A stretch of 34,796 bases of DNA from a virus (Duplodnaviria; Caudoviricetes): IMG/VR virus record IMGVR_UViG_3300044667_000052, positions 1-34,796 of that record; one strand, given 5' to 3'. Below are positions 23,597-33,449 of this stretch, piece by piece. Position numbers and translations under genes: made by a program. A model generated the notes under the pieces. That model made no database searches. It saw only the letters and a program-made list of their open reading frames with translations, and was not told the DNA's origin. The stretch's first letter is position 1. Every line of letters starts with the position of its first letter.

Positions 23597-25068
23597 TGCC
23601 GCTGTTGAAATTCGGATCATGGTCGCCCGATTCCGCCGACTATGAAAGCGATGCCGTTCATCTGATTCAGAACGTGGTGCCGCGCGCCGATGGCTATGGC
23701 CCGTTCCCGTCGCCCTCGAACTATACGCAGGCGTTGGCGGATACCTGTCGCGGCGCGTTCTATGCCTTGAAATCCGATGGATCGGTCGCGGTCTTTGCCG
23801 GCACGTCTGATCGGCTCTACCAGCTCAACAATACGGATTTTAGCTGGACCGATGTCTCCAAGGGCGGCTCGGCCTATGGCGCGCTGTCCGGCAATGCACA
23901 GTGGCGCTTTGCGCAGACCGGCAATCTCGTCTTTGCGACGCAGGCCAATGAAGTGCTGCAGGTGTTTGACCTGTCGTCCTCGACCGCCTTTGCCAACGCA
24001 CTCGGCTCGCCACCACAAGCCGCCTATATCGATGTTGTCGGGCGCTTCCTTGTTCTCTCAGGGCTGCTGTCGAGTCCGTATCGGATCCAGTGGTCCGGCC
24101 TCAACAGCTTCAATGCCAGCGATAGCTGGACTTCGGGTGTCAACTCGTCCGACTTCCAGGATTTTCCGGACGGCGGCATTGTCCGCGGCGTCGCGGGCGG
24201 CGAGTTCGGCACGATCTTTCAGGATCAGGCGATCCGCCGCATGACTTACGTGCCTGGCTCGCCGGTGGTGTTTCAGATTGATCGCATCTCGCAGGACAAA
24301 GGCTTGTTCGCGCCCTACAGCATCGTGCGAGCGGGCGAAATCATCTTCTTTTACTCGAGCCAAGGCTTTCAGAAGATCGTTCCGGGCGGCTTGCCCGAAC
24401 AGATCGGGCGCGAGCGGGTGGACCGCACGTTCCTGAATGTGCTGGACCGTGGTAATCTGCAATTGATGATCGGCGCGGCCGATCCTCGCAGCACCAAGGT
24501 CTATTGGGCCTACAAGTCAAGCTCCGGCACATCAGGGCTTTACGATACGTTGCTGGGCTATGACTGGGTGCTGGACAAGTTTTTCCAGATTGCAAGCTCC
24601 GGAGAATACCTGCTCGGAATTTCGCAATCGGGTCTGACGCTGGAAAATCTTGATAGCATATCGTCATCGATCGATGCATTGACATTGACCCTCGATGCCT
24701 ACGCAACGGCGGTGCAACCCGAGATCGCGCAATTTGGTTCGGATCATACGCTCTCGTTTTTTCGTGGCGACAATCTTGAAGCCACGATCGAGACCGGCGA
24801 GCAGGGTACCGATGGCCAGCGCATCTATGTGAACGGGTTTCGGCCGATCACCGACGCGGCTGCGGTCTATGGCTCGGCCAGCTATCGCGACACGCAAATG
24901 GCCACTCCATCGCAGTTGTCGGAGGCGCTGGTGAACAGCCGAACCGGACGGTGCGACTTCAGGATCGATACCCGGTATTCGCGGATGAAGATCAGGATTC
25001 CGTCCGGCACGACGTGGACGTTCGCGGCCGGGATTGAGCCTGATGTGAAGCAGACGGGCAGGCAATGA
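23596..25068 (+). CDS. Tail nozzle / DNA stabilisation protein (beta-propeller-like)
   Basis: 490 aa, starts FGSWSPD...NVVP, contains RIQWSG. Precedes the ejection genes. Confidence 0.8.
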   Translation: MPLLKFGSWSPDSADYESDAVHLIQNVVPRADGYGPFPSPSNYTQALADTCRGAFYALKSDGSVAVFAGTSDRLYQLNNTDFSWTDVSKGGSAYGALSGNAQWRFAQTGNLVFATQANEVLQVFDLSSSTAFANALGSPPQAAYIDVVGRFLVLSGLLSSPYRIQWSGLNSFNASDSWTSGVNSSDFQDFPDGGIVRGVAGGEFGTIFQDQAIRRMTYVPGSPVVFQIDRISQDKGLFAPYSIVRAGEIIFFYSSQGFQKIVPGGLPEQIGRERVDRTFLNVLDRGNLQLMIGAADPRSTKVYWAYKSSSGTSGLYDTLLGYDWVLDKFFQIASSGEYLLGISQSGLTLENLDSISSSIDALTLTLDAYATAVQPEIAQFGSDHTLSFFRGDNLEATIETGEQGTDGQRIYVNGFRPITDAAAVYGSASYRDTQMATPSQLSEALVNSRTGRCDFRIDTRYSRMKIRIPSGTTWTFAAGIEPDVKQTGRQ

Positions 25069-25379
25069 CAGCACTTGTTGTCGGTCGAGACGAGAAAGAC
25101 CTGACCAAGTTCGCGCTGGCGATCAATCAGCTTGCGTCCGGGCGCTCGAATGCGGTTGGCTCGGTCACGCTGACCGCGAGTGCTGCCACTACGACTGTAA
25201 CCGCCCCGACCTGTGGTGCTGGCTCGACTGTACTGCTGACGCCAACGACCGCGCATGCCGCAGCCGAGATCGGCAACGGCACGATGTATGTCAGCGCTGT
25301 GGCGAATGGCTCGTTCACGATCACACATGCGAACAATGCTCAGACCGATCGATCGTTCGATTTCGCCTGTATCGGCTGA
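25065..25379 (+). CDS. Small tail-associated protein
   Basis: ATGA overlap. Short helix followed by a Thr-rich beta domain. Confidence 0.75.
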   Translation: MTALVVGRDEKDLTKFALAINQLASGRSNAVGSVTLTASAATTTVTAPTCGAGSTVLLTPTTAHAAAEIGNGTMYVSAVANGSFTITHANNAQTDRSFDFACIG

Positions 25380-25779
25380 GCCTGTTTTGCTCTGCGTCGA
25401 TCCGGCACAGGTCAAGCAGTTCTGGCCGCACGTCGCGCCGTTGCTGAAGAAAGCCGTAGAGCGAACCAACCTCAACACATTCGAGGATATCGAAGATGAT
25501 GTGCTCGACGGCGACGCTCTGCTCTGGATTGCGTGGACGGGAAAGATCGAGGCGGCGGCCACGACACTGCTGCAATACGGCAATGAGAACAAGCTGTATT
25601 GCGTGCTGACCGCGTGCGGTGGCAGCGACATGAAGCAATGGCTTCCGCTGCTTGAGAAGATCGAGAGTTACGCGAAGGACGAGCACTGCGTTGCGATGCG
25701 TGTGTTCGGTCGGGAAGGCTGGAAGCGAATTTTGGAAGGATACGACGTGACCAACGTTGTTTTGGAAAAGGCGCTATAG
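25255..25779 (+). CDS. Hypothetical protein, GNAT-like fold suspected; true start probably near 25387
   Basis: WPHVAPLL...GGSDMKQW...IESYAK...GREGWKR pattern. Position before the ejection proteins is typical. Confidence 0.75.
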   Translation: MPQPRSATARCMSALWRMARSRSHMRTMLRPIDRSISPVSAEPVLLCVDPAQVKQFWPHVAPLLKKAVERTNLNTFEDIEDDVLDGDALLWIAWTGKIEAAATTLLQYGNENKLYCVLTACGGSDMKQWLPLLEKIESYAKDEHCVAMRVFGREGWKRILEGYDVTNVVLEKAL

Positions 25780-26640
25780 ATGGGCGGCAAAAGCTCCAGC
25801 GAAACCACGCAAAATTCCACGACCCAGCCGTGGCAGCCTGCGCAGCCCTTGCTTGGCGGCATTCTCAGCCAGTTGTCGGGCAACCTGCCGAACACCGGCA
25901 TCACCGGCGCGCAGACCAACGCCATCAACACCATCGAGAACAACGCGCAGAACGCAGGCCAGTTCACGCCGCAACTGACTTCGCTCGTCAATACGCTGAT
26001 GAGCGGGGGCGGAATCACAGGCCAAGCTGGCGACCTGCAGAGCAATTTGGACACGCTTCGCAGCCAACTCACGCCGTTCGCCAACGGCTCGATGGTCGGC
26101 AACAATCAGGGCCTGCAATCGCAACTGGACACGATCCGCAACGACGTGACCAATCAGGTCAATGGTCAGTTCGCAGCGGCGGGCCGCGACGGCTCCGGCA
26201 TGAACCAGCAGACTCTGGCGCGTGGCATCGCTCAGGGCATGGCTCCGGTGATCGCCGGCCAGTACAATCAGGACATACAGAACCAGATCAATGCGGCGAA
26301 CAGTCTGTTCGGCGCGGGCAACACGACATCGGGCCTGTTGACCGGTCTCACCCAGCAGGGCCTGCAGAACCAGCAGGCCGGGGCGAGCCTCGTTCCGTCA
26401 GTGCTCGACAGCCAGAACGCGGGCGCCAATTCGATCTTGCAGGCTGAGGCGCAGCGCTACGGCATTCCGCTTCAGAACCTTGGCTTGCTCGCAAACATTG
26501 GGATTCCGATCGCGGGGCTCGGCTCGCAGTCAAACGGCACGAGCAACACGCAAAATCAGATGAGCGGGGCAGACCAGTTCGGCAAGATCGCGAGTGGCAT
26601 GAATAGTCTGGTCAATCCGATGTCGTGGCTCTTTGGATAA
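25780..26640 (+). CDS. Internal virion / DNA ejection protein 1
   Basis: MGGKSSSETTQ...PW start. Gln/Asn/Gly-rich. Confidence 0.8.
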   Translation: MGGKSSSETTQNSTTQPWQPAQPLLGGILSQLSGNLPNTGITGAQTNAINTIENNAQNAGQFTPQLTSLVNTLMSGGGITGQAGDLQSNLDTLRSQLTPFANGSMVGNNQGLQSQLDTIRNDVTNQVNGQFAAAGRDGSGMNQQTLARGIAQGMAPVIAGQYNQDIQNQINAANSLFGAGNTTSGLLTGLTQQGLQNQQAGASLVPSVLDSQNAGANSILQAEAQRYGIPLQNLGLLANIGIPIAGLGSQSNGTSNTQNQMSGADQFGKIASGMNSLVNPMSWLFG

Positions 26641-28199
26641 TGACGATGGGCTTGCTTGACTCACTGACTTTCGATCCTTCGACCTATGGTGGTCAAGGAG
26701 GCGGCCTGCTCGGGTTGCTGCAGAGCTATTCGCAGATGGCAGGAATGCCTGATCTGACGAAGCCTGTCACGCAAGCCGCAGTGCCTTCAGCGCAGCCCGA
26801 TAGCTTCGTCCCGATCGGCGATTATCAAATGCCAATGTTCGGCAAGCCTGATCCCGCGCAACTGCCGATCAATGCTCAGCCGGCGCAAGGAGTGCTCCCA
26901 CAGGCGTCGGCACCCGCGGCGCAGGACACGCCATTCATGCAGGCCAATTCGTCGCCGTTTACTGCAGGGCTTGCCAATTTCGCCGCAGGCCATGGGTTGA
27001 TTTCTAAGTTGCTCGGAGCAGCGCAGGGTTTCTCCACAGGCCAGCGGCTTGATCCACTCGGGATGCAACAGCAGCAATTGAGCGCTACGTATCAATCGCT
27101 GATCTCGTCCGGCGTGCCACGCAATCTTGCCTATGCAGCCGCGCTCAATCCGAAAATCCTCGAGACGATTGCGCCGGCCTATTTCGATGGCGCGCCGAAG
27201 CTGCAGGAAACCGGTACCGATCCGATGACCGGTCAAAAGAGCTTCGGTGTGTGGGAACCTGGAGAACGCAAGCTGACGCCGATCGGACAGGGTAATGGCC
27301 CCACGCAAGGGGGCGCTTCCACCGGCGGTCAGGACACAAGCCTCAACTCGTTTCAAACGGCGCTGAAAAATGGCGTAACGGGTGAAGCGCTGTATCAGTA
27401 TTTGCCGCCCGGCATGGCGCAGACGGTCAAAGGCATGATTGAAGGGCGCGTGCAGCCGCCATCGACCATTGCAATGCGCAGCCCCACCAATCTCGCGCTC
27501 ATCAACGCTGCGAACGCGATTGATCCTAACTTTGACGCAACAAGCTGGAAATCGCGCTCAACGTTCAATCAGCAAATGGGTTCGGCTCAGCCGGGCGCTG
27601 TCGGGGGTCAGAAAAACCTGATGGGCACGGCGCTCGGTCACTTGGCGGAACTGGCAGACAAGGCCGTCGATCTCGGCAATGTCGATACGCCGATTGCGGC
27701 CGTCGGGCAGGCCGCGAATGCCGTCAAGAATATGACCACAACGAACGCTGCCAAGGTCAACGGCTTGAATGAAGCTGCGGCACGGTTCGCAGGCGAAGTC
27801 GGTAAACTCTATTCTGGCTCGCAAGGCGGCGGTGTCCATGAACGCGAGGATACCCGTTCACGGTTCGGCGGCAACAAGACCTCGGCTGAGTTGGCGTCGG
27901 CGCTGGAAACAAGCAAGGAGCTGATTCAATCCAAGCTTGAGGCGCTTGAGCAACAGCGGCGCGATGTGTTCGGCCAGAACAGCCAGTTCGATTTTGTAGG
28001 CGACAAGGGACGCGAGGCAATCGCAAAGATTGATACGGCCATTGCCAAGCTGCGCGGGCAGGGCAGCGGCAACAGCCCGCAAAGCCAAGCCGCGCCATCG
28101 CAGGCCGCTCCGCCAGTCTCAGAAGGCATGACCGCAACGAACCCGAAAACCGGTGAACGCGTCATTCTGCAGAACGGCAAGTGGGTGCCGTTCGCATGA
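26640..28199 (+). CDS. Internal virion / DNA ejection protein 2
   Basis: TAATG coupling. MGLLD near the start. C-terminal TATNPKTGERVILQNGKWVP. Confidence 0.8.
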   Translation: MTMGLLDSLTFDPSTYGGQGGGLLGLLQSYSQMAGMPDLTKPVTQAAVPSAQPDSFVPIGDYQMPMFGKPDPAQLPINAQPAQGVLPQASAPAAQDTPFMQANSSPFTAGLANFAAGHGLISKLLGAAQGFSTGQRLDPLGMQQQQLSATYQSLISSGVPRNLAYAAALNPKILETIAPAYFDGAPKLQETGTDPMTGQKSFGVWEPGERKLTPIGQGNGPTQGGASTGGQDTSLNSFQTALKNGVTGEALYQYLPPGMAQTVKGMIEGRVQPPSTIAMRSPTNLALINAANAIDPNFDATSWKSRSTFNQQMGSAQPGAVGGQKNLMGTALGHLAELADKAVDLGNVDTPIAAVGQAANAVKNMTTTNAAKVNGLNEAAARFAGEVGKLYSGSQGGGVHEREDTRSRFGGNKTSAELASALETSKELIQSKLEALEQQRRDVFGQNSQFDFVGDKGREAIAKIDTAIAKLRGQGSGNSPQSQAAPSQAAPPVSEGMTATNPKTGERVILQNGKWVPFA

Positions 28200-29449
28200 G
28201 CGATCTTCCCCCGGGATTCGTGCTGGACCAGTCGGCATCGTCACAAGCAGGCTCTCCCGCATTGCCTGATGGCTTCGTGATGGATGGTGGCGCACCTGCA
28301 GCGCCCCAGCCCCATAAATTCGGATTGGGTGATACCTGGCCTGCTCAACTGGCAAAATCGATCTATAGCGGTGTCACGTTGCCGGGCGATGTCTACTCTG
28401 GGAAAACCCAAGTCGATCCGTCAAATCCGGCTTTCATCGGTCGTACGCTGGATCTGGCCTCGGTCGGAACGCCGATGGCTCCGAAGGTCGCGCCAAGCCT
28501 GACCGCGCCTGTCGCCGCAGCGCTGCCGACCGCAGAAGAGTTGAAGGCCGCCGCGTCGTCGGGGTATGATGCGGCTCGCAACCTTGGCGTCGAAATCAAG
28601 CCATCTTCGGTTGCGAACGCAGCGCAAACACTGGCGGCCAATCTTGAGCAAGATGGTATCAACGCGAAGCTCGCTCCAAAGACCTTCAGCATCATCTCCG
28701 ATCTTGCCAAGCCTCCCCCAGGCTCAGTCGCAACCATCGCCAATCTCGAAACCGCAAGGCGCACTCTCGGCAACGCCGCCAAGGACTTTCTCAACCCTAC
28801 GGAAAAGCTGGCAGCAAGCCGAGCCATCGAGCATTTTGACGATTATCTTGGCGGTCTGCCTCAAGCCGATATTCTGGCTGGTGATGCCGCGCAGGCGAGT
28901 AAGGTACTACAAGAGGCCCGGGGTAACTACGCTGCCGCCAAGCGTTCCGAGCAAATCAACGGGCAGGTTGATATTGCCGAAGGGAACGCAGCGGCCGCAA
29001 ATTCCGGGCAGAACATAGGCAACTCTGTTCGCCAGCGCTTCAATTCGATCCTCAAAAGCCCAAAGCAGAGCAACGGCTTTACGGCCGACGAAATCGCCCA
29101 GATGGAGCGCATTCGTGCCGGCACGCCCGTTGGGAACGCCGCTCGTTTCGCCGGCAATCTGCTGGGTGGCGGCGGCGGTCTCGGCTCAATCGCATCGGCT
29201 GCGGTAGGCGCCGGCTCGTTTGGTCCGATGGGCGCTGTAGCTCCTGCAATCGGATTTGGACTGAAGAAATTCAGCGACGCGTCTGTGATGCGTCAGGTTC
29301 GCAAGCTTGACGAGATGACGCGTGCACGGTCTCCGCTCGGCCAACAATCCCGCTTGCCAAGCACGGTGCTGACGCCAGCGGAACGTTTCCGAAGAGAACT
29401 CGCCTTGCGCGCTTTCCTCGCTTCTGTCGCCAACAGGAACGGTCAATAA
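28196..29449 (+). CDS. Internal virion / DNA ejection protein 3
   Basis: ATGA overlap. LPPGFVLD / LPDGFVMD duplicated N-terminal motif. Gly-rich hydrophobic segment near the C-terminus. Confidence 0.8.
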   Translation: MSDLPPGFVLDQSASSQAGSPALPDGFVMDGGAPAAPQPHKFGLGDTWPAQLAKSIYSGVTLPGDVYSGKTQVDPSNPAFIGRTLDLASVGTPMAPKVAPSLTAPVAAALPTAEELKAAASSGYDAARNLGVEIKPSSVANAAQTLAANLEQDGINAKLAPKTFSIISDLAKPPPGSVATIANLETARRTLGNAAKDFLNPTEKLAASRAIEHFDDYLGGLPQADILAGDAAQASKVLQEARGNYAAAKRSEQINGQVDIAEGNAAAANSGQNIGNSVRQRFNSILKSPKQSNGFTADEIAQMERIRAGTPVGNAARFAGNLLGGGGGLGSIASAAVGAGSFGPMGAVAPAIGFGLKKFSDASVMRQVRKLDEMTRARSPLGQQSRLPSTVLTPAERFRRELALRAFLASVANRNGQ

Positions 29450-30153
29450 TGGGCCTTCTCGACAACATCATCGGCGCGGAAAGCGGCGGGAGTGCCACCG
29501 CCGCCAATCCCAATTCGTCTGCGCTCGGGCCGAGTCAGTTTATCAGTTCCACGTGGTTGGACATGATGCATCGCTATCGCCCCGACATTCAGGGCAGCGA
29601 TGATCAGCTCCTTGCGATGCGAACCGACCCGCAGCTTTCTCGGGAAATGACCGCGAACTATGCGGCTGAAAACCAGCGCACCCTATCACAGGCGGGACTC
29701 CCGGTCACGCCGGGCTCAACGTATCTGGCGCATTTCGCAGGCCCGCAAGGCGCGGTGAAGGTGCTGCAGGCCGATCCGAACGCGCCGGTTTCCTCGATCC
29801 TTGGCGACGCCGCGGTTCGGGCCAATCCGTTTCTGCGCGGCATGACAGCGGCCGGACTGCAGGCATGGGCCGATCGGAAAATGGGTGGATCGACGGCCCC
29901 GGCTCAACAGGCTCAGGCCGCGCCGGCTCCACAAGGCCCCGCGCCGACTCAGCCGAGTCCAGCCAGTGGCCTGATGCAGCTTGCCGGTACTCCTCCTGCC
30001 CAGCAAGGGCAGGCCGCTCCTGCGCCTTCCTATTGGGCGCAGCAGGCCGCCATGCCAACGCCGCCTCCGATCTTCTATGCGCCGAGACGGGCGCCAGATT
30101 TGAGAGCCCTTCAAGCAGCTTTGGGAAGCGGCGGCTTCTTCAAGCGCACTTAA
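29449..30153 (+). CDS. Virion-associated lytic transglycosylase-like protein
   Basis: IIGAESGG (catalytic Glu), ALGPSQFISSTW, YLAHFAGPQGA. Pro/Ala/Gln-rich tail. Confidence 0.85.
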   Translation: MGLLDNIIGAESGGSATAANPNSSALGPSQFISSTWLDMMHRYRPDIQGSDDQLLAMRTDPQLSREMTANYAAENQRTLSQAGLPVTPGSTYLAHFAGPQGAVKVLQADPNAPVSSILGDAAVRANPFLRGMTAAGLQAWADRKMGGSTAPAQQAQAAPAPQGPAPTQPSPASGLMQLAGTPPAQQGQAAPAPSYWAQQAAMPTPPPIFYAPRRAPDLRALQAALGSGGFFKRT

Positions 30154-30176
30154 ACGCCAGCACGGAGAATCCTTAG

Positions 30177-31187
30177 GTGGCTTTCTTTCATTGGTCTAAA
30201 ACCGCTGGCTCGAATGGCAATTCCGATCCTACGGTTAACTATCAGGAAGGGCAGGCACCAAGCAGCTTGAACGATTCCGCACGGGCTGTGATGGCGCGGC
30301 TGCGCGAGTGGGGCAGTGATATCGCCGGCGCGATTGTCACGGGCGGAACGTCTACTGCCTATACCGTCACCAGCAATCAGGTGTTCGATACGCTGGCACA
30401 TCTCGACGGCGCAGTGATCGCTTTCACCCCGCACACGACGAACGGCGCGACGGTTACGCTGAATGTCGATAGCCTTGGAGCGAAGCCGCTGCGTTCCGCG
30501 CCAAGCGTCGAATTGCAAACTGGCGCGCTGGTGCAGGGTACGCCTTACATCTGCATCTATAATAACACGGATGGCGTGTTCTATCTGCACGGCAATGCCG
30601 GGTTCAATTCGTATTCGATCCCGCTCGCCGGTGGCATGGTCTATTTCGCCTCGACCGCACCAAACAGCGCGTTTGCGTTTCCCTACGGACAGGCGATCTC
30701 ACGCACGACGTATGCCACGCTGTTTTCACTGATCGGCACAACGTATGGATCTGGTGACGGCTCAACCACGTTCAACATTCCTGATCTGCGGGGCAGGGTG
30801 CCTGCGGGATTGGATAATATGGGTGGAAGTGCGGCAAGTCGCTTAACGTCCATCGGAAGTGGTACAACGCTTGGCGCATCGGGAGGCGAACAAGCGCACA
30901 CTCTAAGCGCGACCGAGATTCCTTCGCATACCCATTCCGGCACAACGGGCAGCGAAAGTAACGACCATACGCATCAGATCAGCCGCAATCCGAATACGAG
31001 CGGCACGGGCGCCAACTCGCTCTTTGCTGGACAGAGTGATGGCAACCCAAGTCTGCCACTAACTACGGGAGGAGCGAGTCAAAGCCACACTCACAGTTTC
31101 ACGACTGATGGCGGCACTGGAGGCGGGGGCTCACATAACAATGTGCAGCCTACTATTCTCGTGAATTACATCATAAGAGTGATCTAG
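30177..31187 (+). CDS. Tail fibre with phage tail collar domain
   Basis: GQAISRTTYATLFSLIGTTYGSGDGSTTFNIPDLRGR, HxH motifs (SHTH, DHTH) and HNNVQP...NYII. Confidence 0.9.
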   Translation: MAFFHWSKTAGSNGNSDPTVNYQEGQAPSSLNDSARAVMARLREWGSDIAGAIVTGGTSTAYTVTSNQVFDTLAHLDGAVIAFTPHTTNGATVTLNVDSLGAKPLRSAPSVELQTGALVQGTPYICIYNNTDGVFYLHGNAGFNSYSIPLAGGMVYFASTAPNSAFAFPYGQAISRTTYATLFSLIGTTYGSGDGSTTFNIPDLRGRVPAGLDNMGGSAASRLTSIGSGTTLGASGGEQAHTLSATEIPSHTHSGTTGSESNDHTHQISRNPNTSGTGANSLFAGQSDGNPSLPLTTGGASQSHTHSFTTDGGTGGGGSHNNVQPTILVNYIIRVI

Positions 31188-31941
31188 GTATGGCGGCAAT
31201 CAATGGGTATCGCTGACCCTCTCTAATCGCTTCTGGCTGAATTCCATAAATCGCGCGTTCTAGCCTTGATGTCATTCGGCCAAGACCGATAAAAATATCG
31301 TAGCCGTGTTGGCGAAGAATGTGGAGCGATTCCGCGGTCGCTCTCTTGTCTAGAGCTTCAAAGGCGATAATTGGTCTGTCACTTTGCATGACGTTTGAAA
31401 GCCCGCGCAACACTGCGGGTTCGTGGCCTTCAACATCAATTTTGATGAATCCGACAGAGCTATGCCTGTCGGACAACATCTCGTCGCCGGTAGCAACCTG
31501 AGTCTCGACAGTGGGCCAGTCATTCCTGCCAAACACGCCCCAGCTAAAGGCGCCCGGGTGCACAGCAAGGCGCTCGGTTGCTTTATGATCAGACAGACCG
31601 AGAGTTTCGATTTGCGCGTTGTCAATGCCGGCTGCTTGAATGTTGGCCTTTGCGACAAGGCTTACAATCGGGTTTGGCTCAAATGCCAGGGTGCTTCCAA
31701 ATAGCGGTGCGAGCGCAATTGTATGTGTCCCGATGTTCGCGCCTACATCGACCATCATAAGAGAGCGAGAGTGCGGTAGGCGCTGTTGAATCATCTCAGC
31801 AAGGTCTGAGAGTACGCGCTTTTCATGTTGTCCAAAAATACTGACTTCACGTCCAACCGGATCATTCGGCGCGCAAAACGCGACTGCCGGATTCCTCGAT
31901 CGTATCAAGTCAAATATCGCCAGACGTGCATAGCTGAGCAT
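31171..31941 (-). CDS. FkbM-family SAM-dependent methyltransferase (moron)
   Basis: VDVGANIGTHT, AFEPNP, FIKIDVEGHE and RPIIAFE motifs. Antisense to the late genes. Confidence 0.93.
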   Translation of the reverse strand: MLSYARLAIFDLIRSRNPAVAFCAPNDPVGREVSIFGQHEKRVLSDLAEMIQQRLPHSRSLMMVDVGANIGTHTIALAPLFGSTLAFEPNPIVSLVAKANIQAAGIDNAQIETLGLSDHKATERLAVHPGAFSWGVFGRNDWPTVETQVATGDEMLSDRHSSVGFIKIDVEGHEPAVLRGLSNVMQSDRPIIAFEALDKRATAESLHILRQHGYDIFIGLGRMTSRLERAIYGIQPEAIREGQRYPLIAAIPRSLL

Positions 31942-31947
31942 GCGCAA

Positions 31948-31976
31948 ACGTTAGGCGAAGCCCTGACGACTCTCAA
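31948..31976 (-). promoter_or_regulatory. Promoter for the methyltransferase, probably giving a leaderless mRNA
   Basis: Minus-strand TTGAGA, 17 bp, TAACGT, 6 nt, ATG. No SD sequence. Confidence 0.6.
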
Positions 31977-32001
31977 GCCGCCTTCGGGCGGTTTTTTGTT
32001 T
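31975..32001 (+). terminator. Rho-independent terminator
   Basis: AAGCCGCC-TTCG-GGCGG followed by TTTTTTGTTT. Confidence 0.85.
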
Positions 32002-32013
32002 GGAAAACCGAGA

Positions 32014-32493
32014 ATGACCGATTGGCCCCGTGACACCACGGCTGAGAAGAACGCGTTCTACGGCGACTTTCGCTCACCCAACTGGCAGGGCGCCTATCTG
32101 ACCCGGATCATCCCGCCGTTTCAGATGTACTACGCCAAGAAGCCAATCCCCTCGATCCTGGTGAACAAGAAGTGCTCAGACGATCTGCTCTCGATCTTCA
32201 ACGAAATCTGGGCTGCCTGCGACAAGGATCAGCACAAGGTTGATGCGACCGGGGCCTCTGACTTTGGCGGCTGCTTCAACATCCGCAAGATAGCCGGCTC
32301 AAAAGACAGTTGGTCCAACCACTCATGGGCCTGCGCCATCGATCTCTCGCCCGGATCGAACGGCTTCAACGTCAAGAATACCACGCTAGGCAAGATCGTG
32401 GTGGACACGTTTGAGGGCCACGGCTGGCGCTGGGGCGGACGATATCACGGTCGGACCGACCCCATGCATTTCGAGGCCGTGCGGCCGGCCTGA
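32014..32493 (+). CDS. Endolysin, M15-family zinc peptidase
   Basis: GCFNIR, SNHSWACAIDL, WGG...DPMHFE motifs. Confidence 0.9.
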   Translation: MTDWPRDTTAEKNAFYGDFRSPNWQGAYLTRIIPPFQMYYAKKPIPSILVNKKCSDDLLSIFNEIWAACDKDQHKVDATGASDFGGCFNIRKIAGSKDSWSNHSWACAIDLSPGSNGFNVKNTTLGKIVVDTFEGHGWRWGGRYHGRTDPMHFEAVRPA

Positions 32494-32588
32494 TGCGCGT
32501 TGATCCAACCAAAACCGAGCGGGCCTTTCTCCTGCTCCTGTTTTTTGTGCTGCTCGCCATTGTCGCGGGCGGCATCGTCTCGAACTGA
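32493..32588 (+). CDS. 31-aa single-TM peptide
   Basis: TGATG coupling. MRVDPTKTERAFLLLLFFVLLAIVAGGIVSN. Confidence 0.55.
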   Translation: MRVDPTKTERAFLLLLFFVLLAIVAGGIVSN

Positions 32589-32637
32589 CCGCGCGCGACG
32601 GCCTTCGCGCACATCCACATCACCTGGAGAGAATCCC

Positions 32638-32829
32638 GTGAGCAAATACATCACTCCGGGCACGGTTACGGCTGTGCTCTCGATCGCGGCCATCGTGGCC
32701 GGCGCGTTCGGCAAGTCGGCACTCGCCACCTTCCTCAACGATCCCTCGACCACGCAGACCATCCTGACCCTTGCCGGCTCGATCGGCACGCTGGCGGCTG
32801 GTTTGATGAACGGCGTGAAGGCGGCCTGA
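32638..32829 (+). CDS. Two-TM holin-like protein
   Basis: GGAGAG before GTG 32638. Two hydrophobic segments. Confidence 0.65.
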   Translation: MSKYITPGTVTAVLSIAAIVAGAFGKSALATFLNDPSTTQTILTLAGSIGTLAAGLMNGVKAA

Positions 32830-32830
32830 C

Positions 32831-33232
32831 ATGCGCAAGCTCATCCTTTGCGCGGTGCTCGCGCTCGGCCTCGCCGGCTGCTCCACGCTCGACAACATCA
32901 AGACCGCGATCAGCCTCGGTACGGCATCGGTCACGAACCCGGTCACGAAAACCCGGCTCAACCAGATCGAGAGCGCGGCAACGATTGTCTTTGCCGGGCT
33001 CGGGGCATGGAAGAAGTCCTGCCAGCAGGGCCTGCTCCCCGAAACCTGCAAGCAGCAGATCGCGGAGGTGCAGGTCTATACCCGGCAGATTCCGCCGTAC
33101 CTCACGCAGTTGCGCGGCTTCGTGAAGAACAACGATCAGGTTAACGCGACCATCGTGTTCAATCAGGTGACGCAGATCATTGCACAGGTCAAATCGCAGG
33201 CCGCGTCCAGCGGCGTCAGCATCGGAGGCTAG
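32831..33232 (+). CDS. Lipoprotein in the lysis cassette
   Basis: MRKLILCAVLALGLAG-C lipobox. Confidence 0.85.
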   Translation: MRKLILCAVLALGLAGCSTLDNIKTAISLGTASVTNPVTKTRLNQIESAATIVFAGLGAWKKSCQQGLLPETCKQQIAEVQVYTRQIPPYLTQLRGFVKNNDQVNATIVFNQVTQIIAQVKSQAASSGVSIGG

Positions 33233-33235
33233 GCC

Positions 33236-33445
33236 ATGGACGCCGCAGCAATCTTCGCTCTCATCGTCAAGGGCCTCGGCGTGATCGAGGCGGTTATCGC
33301 GGCCGGCCAGAGCGCGCTACCTGCGATCAAGGTCATGATCGACCTTGTGACAGGGGCTCAAAACGGCACCGTGACCGATCAGCAGTTGGCCGATACCGAG
33401 GCCGTGCTTGACCAGATGATCGCTGATTTCAACCTGCCGCTCTGA
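33236..33445 (+). CDS. Small amphipathic/membrane protein
   Basis: GGAGG RBS. Hydrophobic N-terminus. Confidence 0.75.
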   Translation: MDAAAIFALIVKGLGVIEAVIAAGQSALPAIKVMIDLVTGAQNGTVTDQQLADTEAVLDQMIADFNLPL

Positions 33446-33449
33446 CGCG

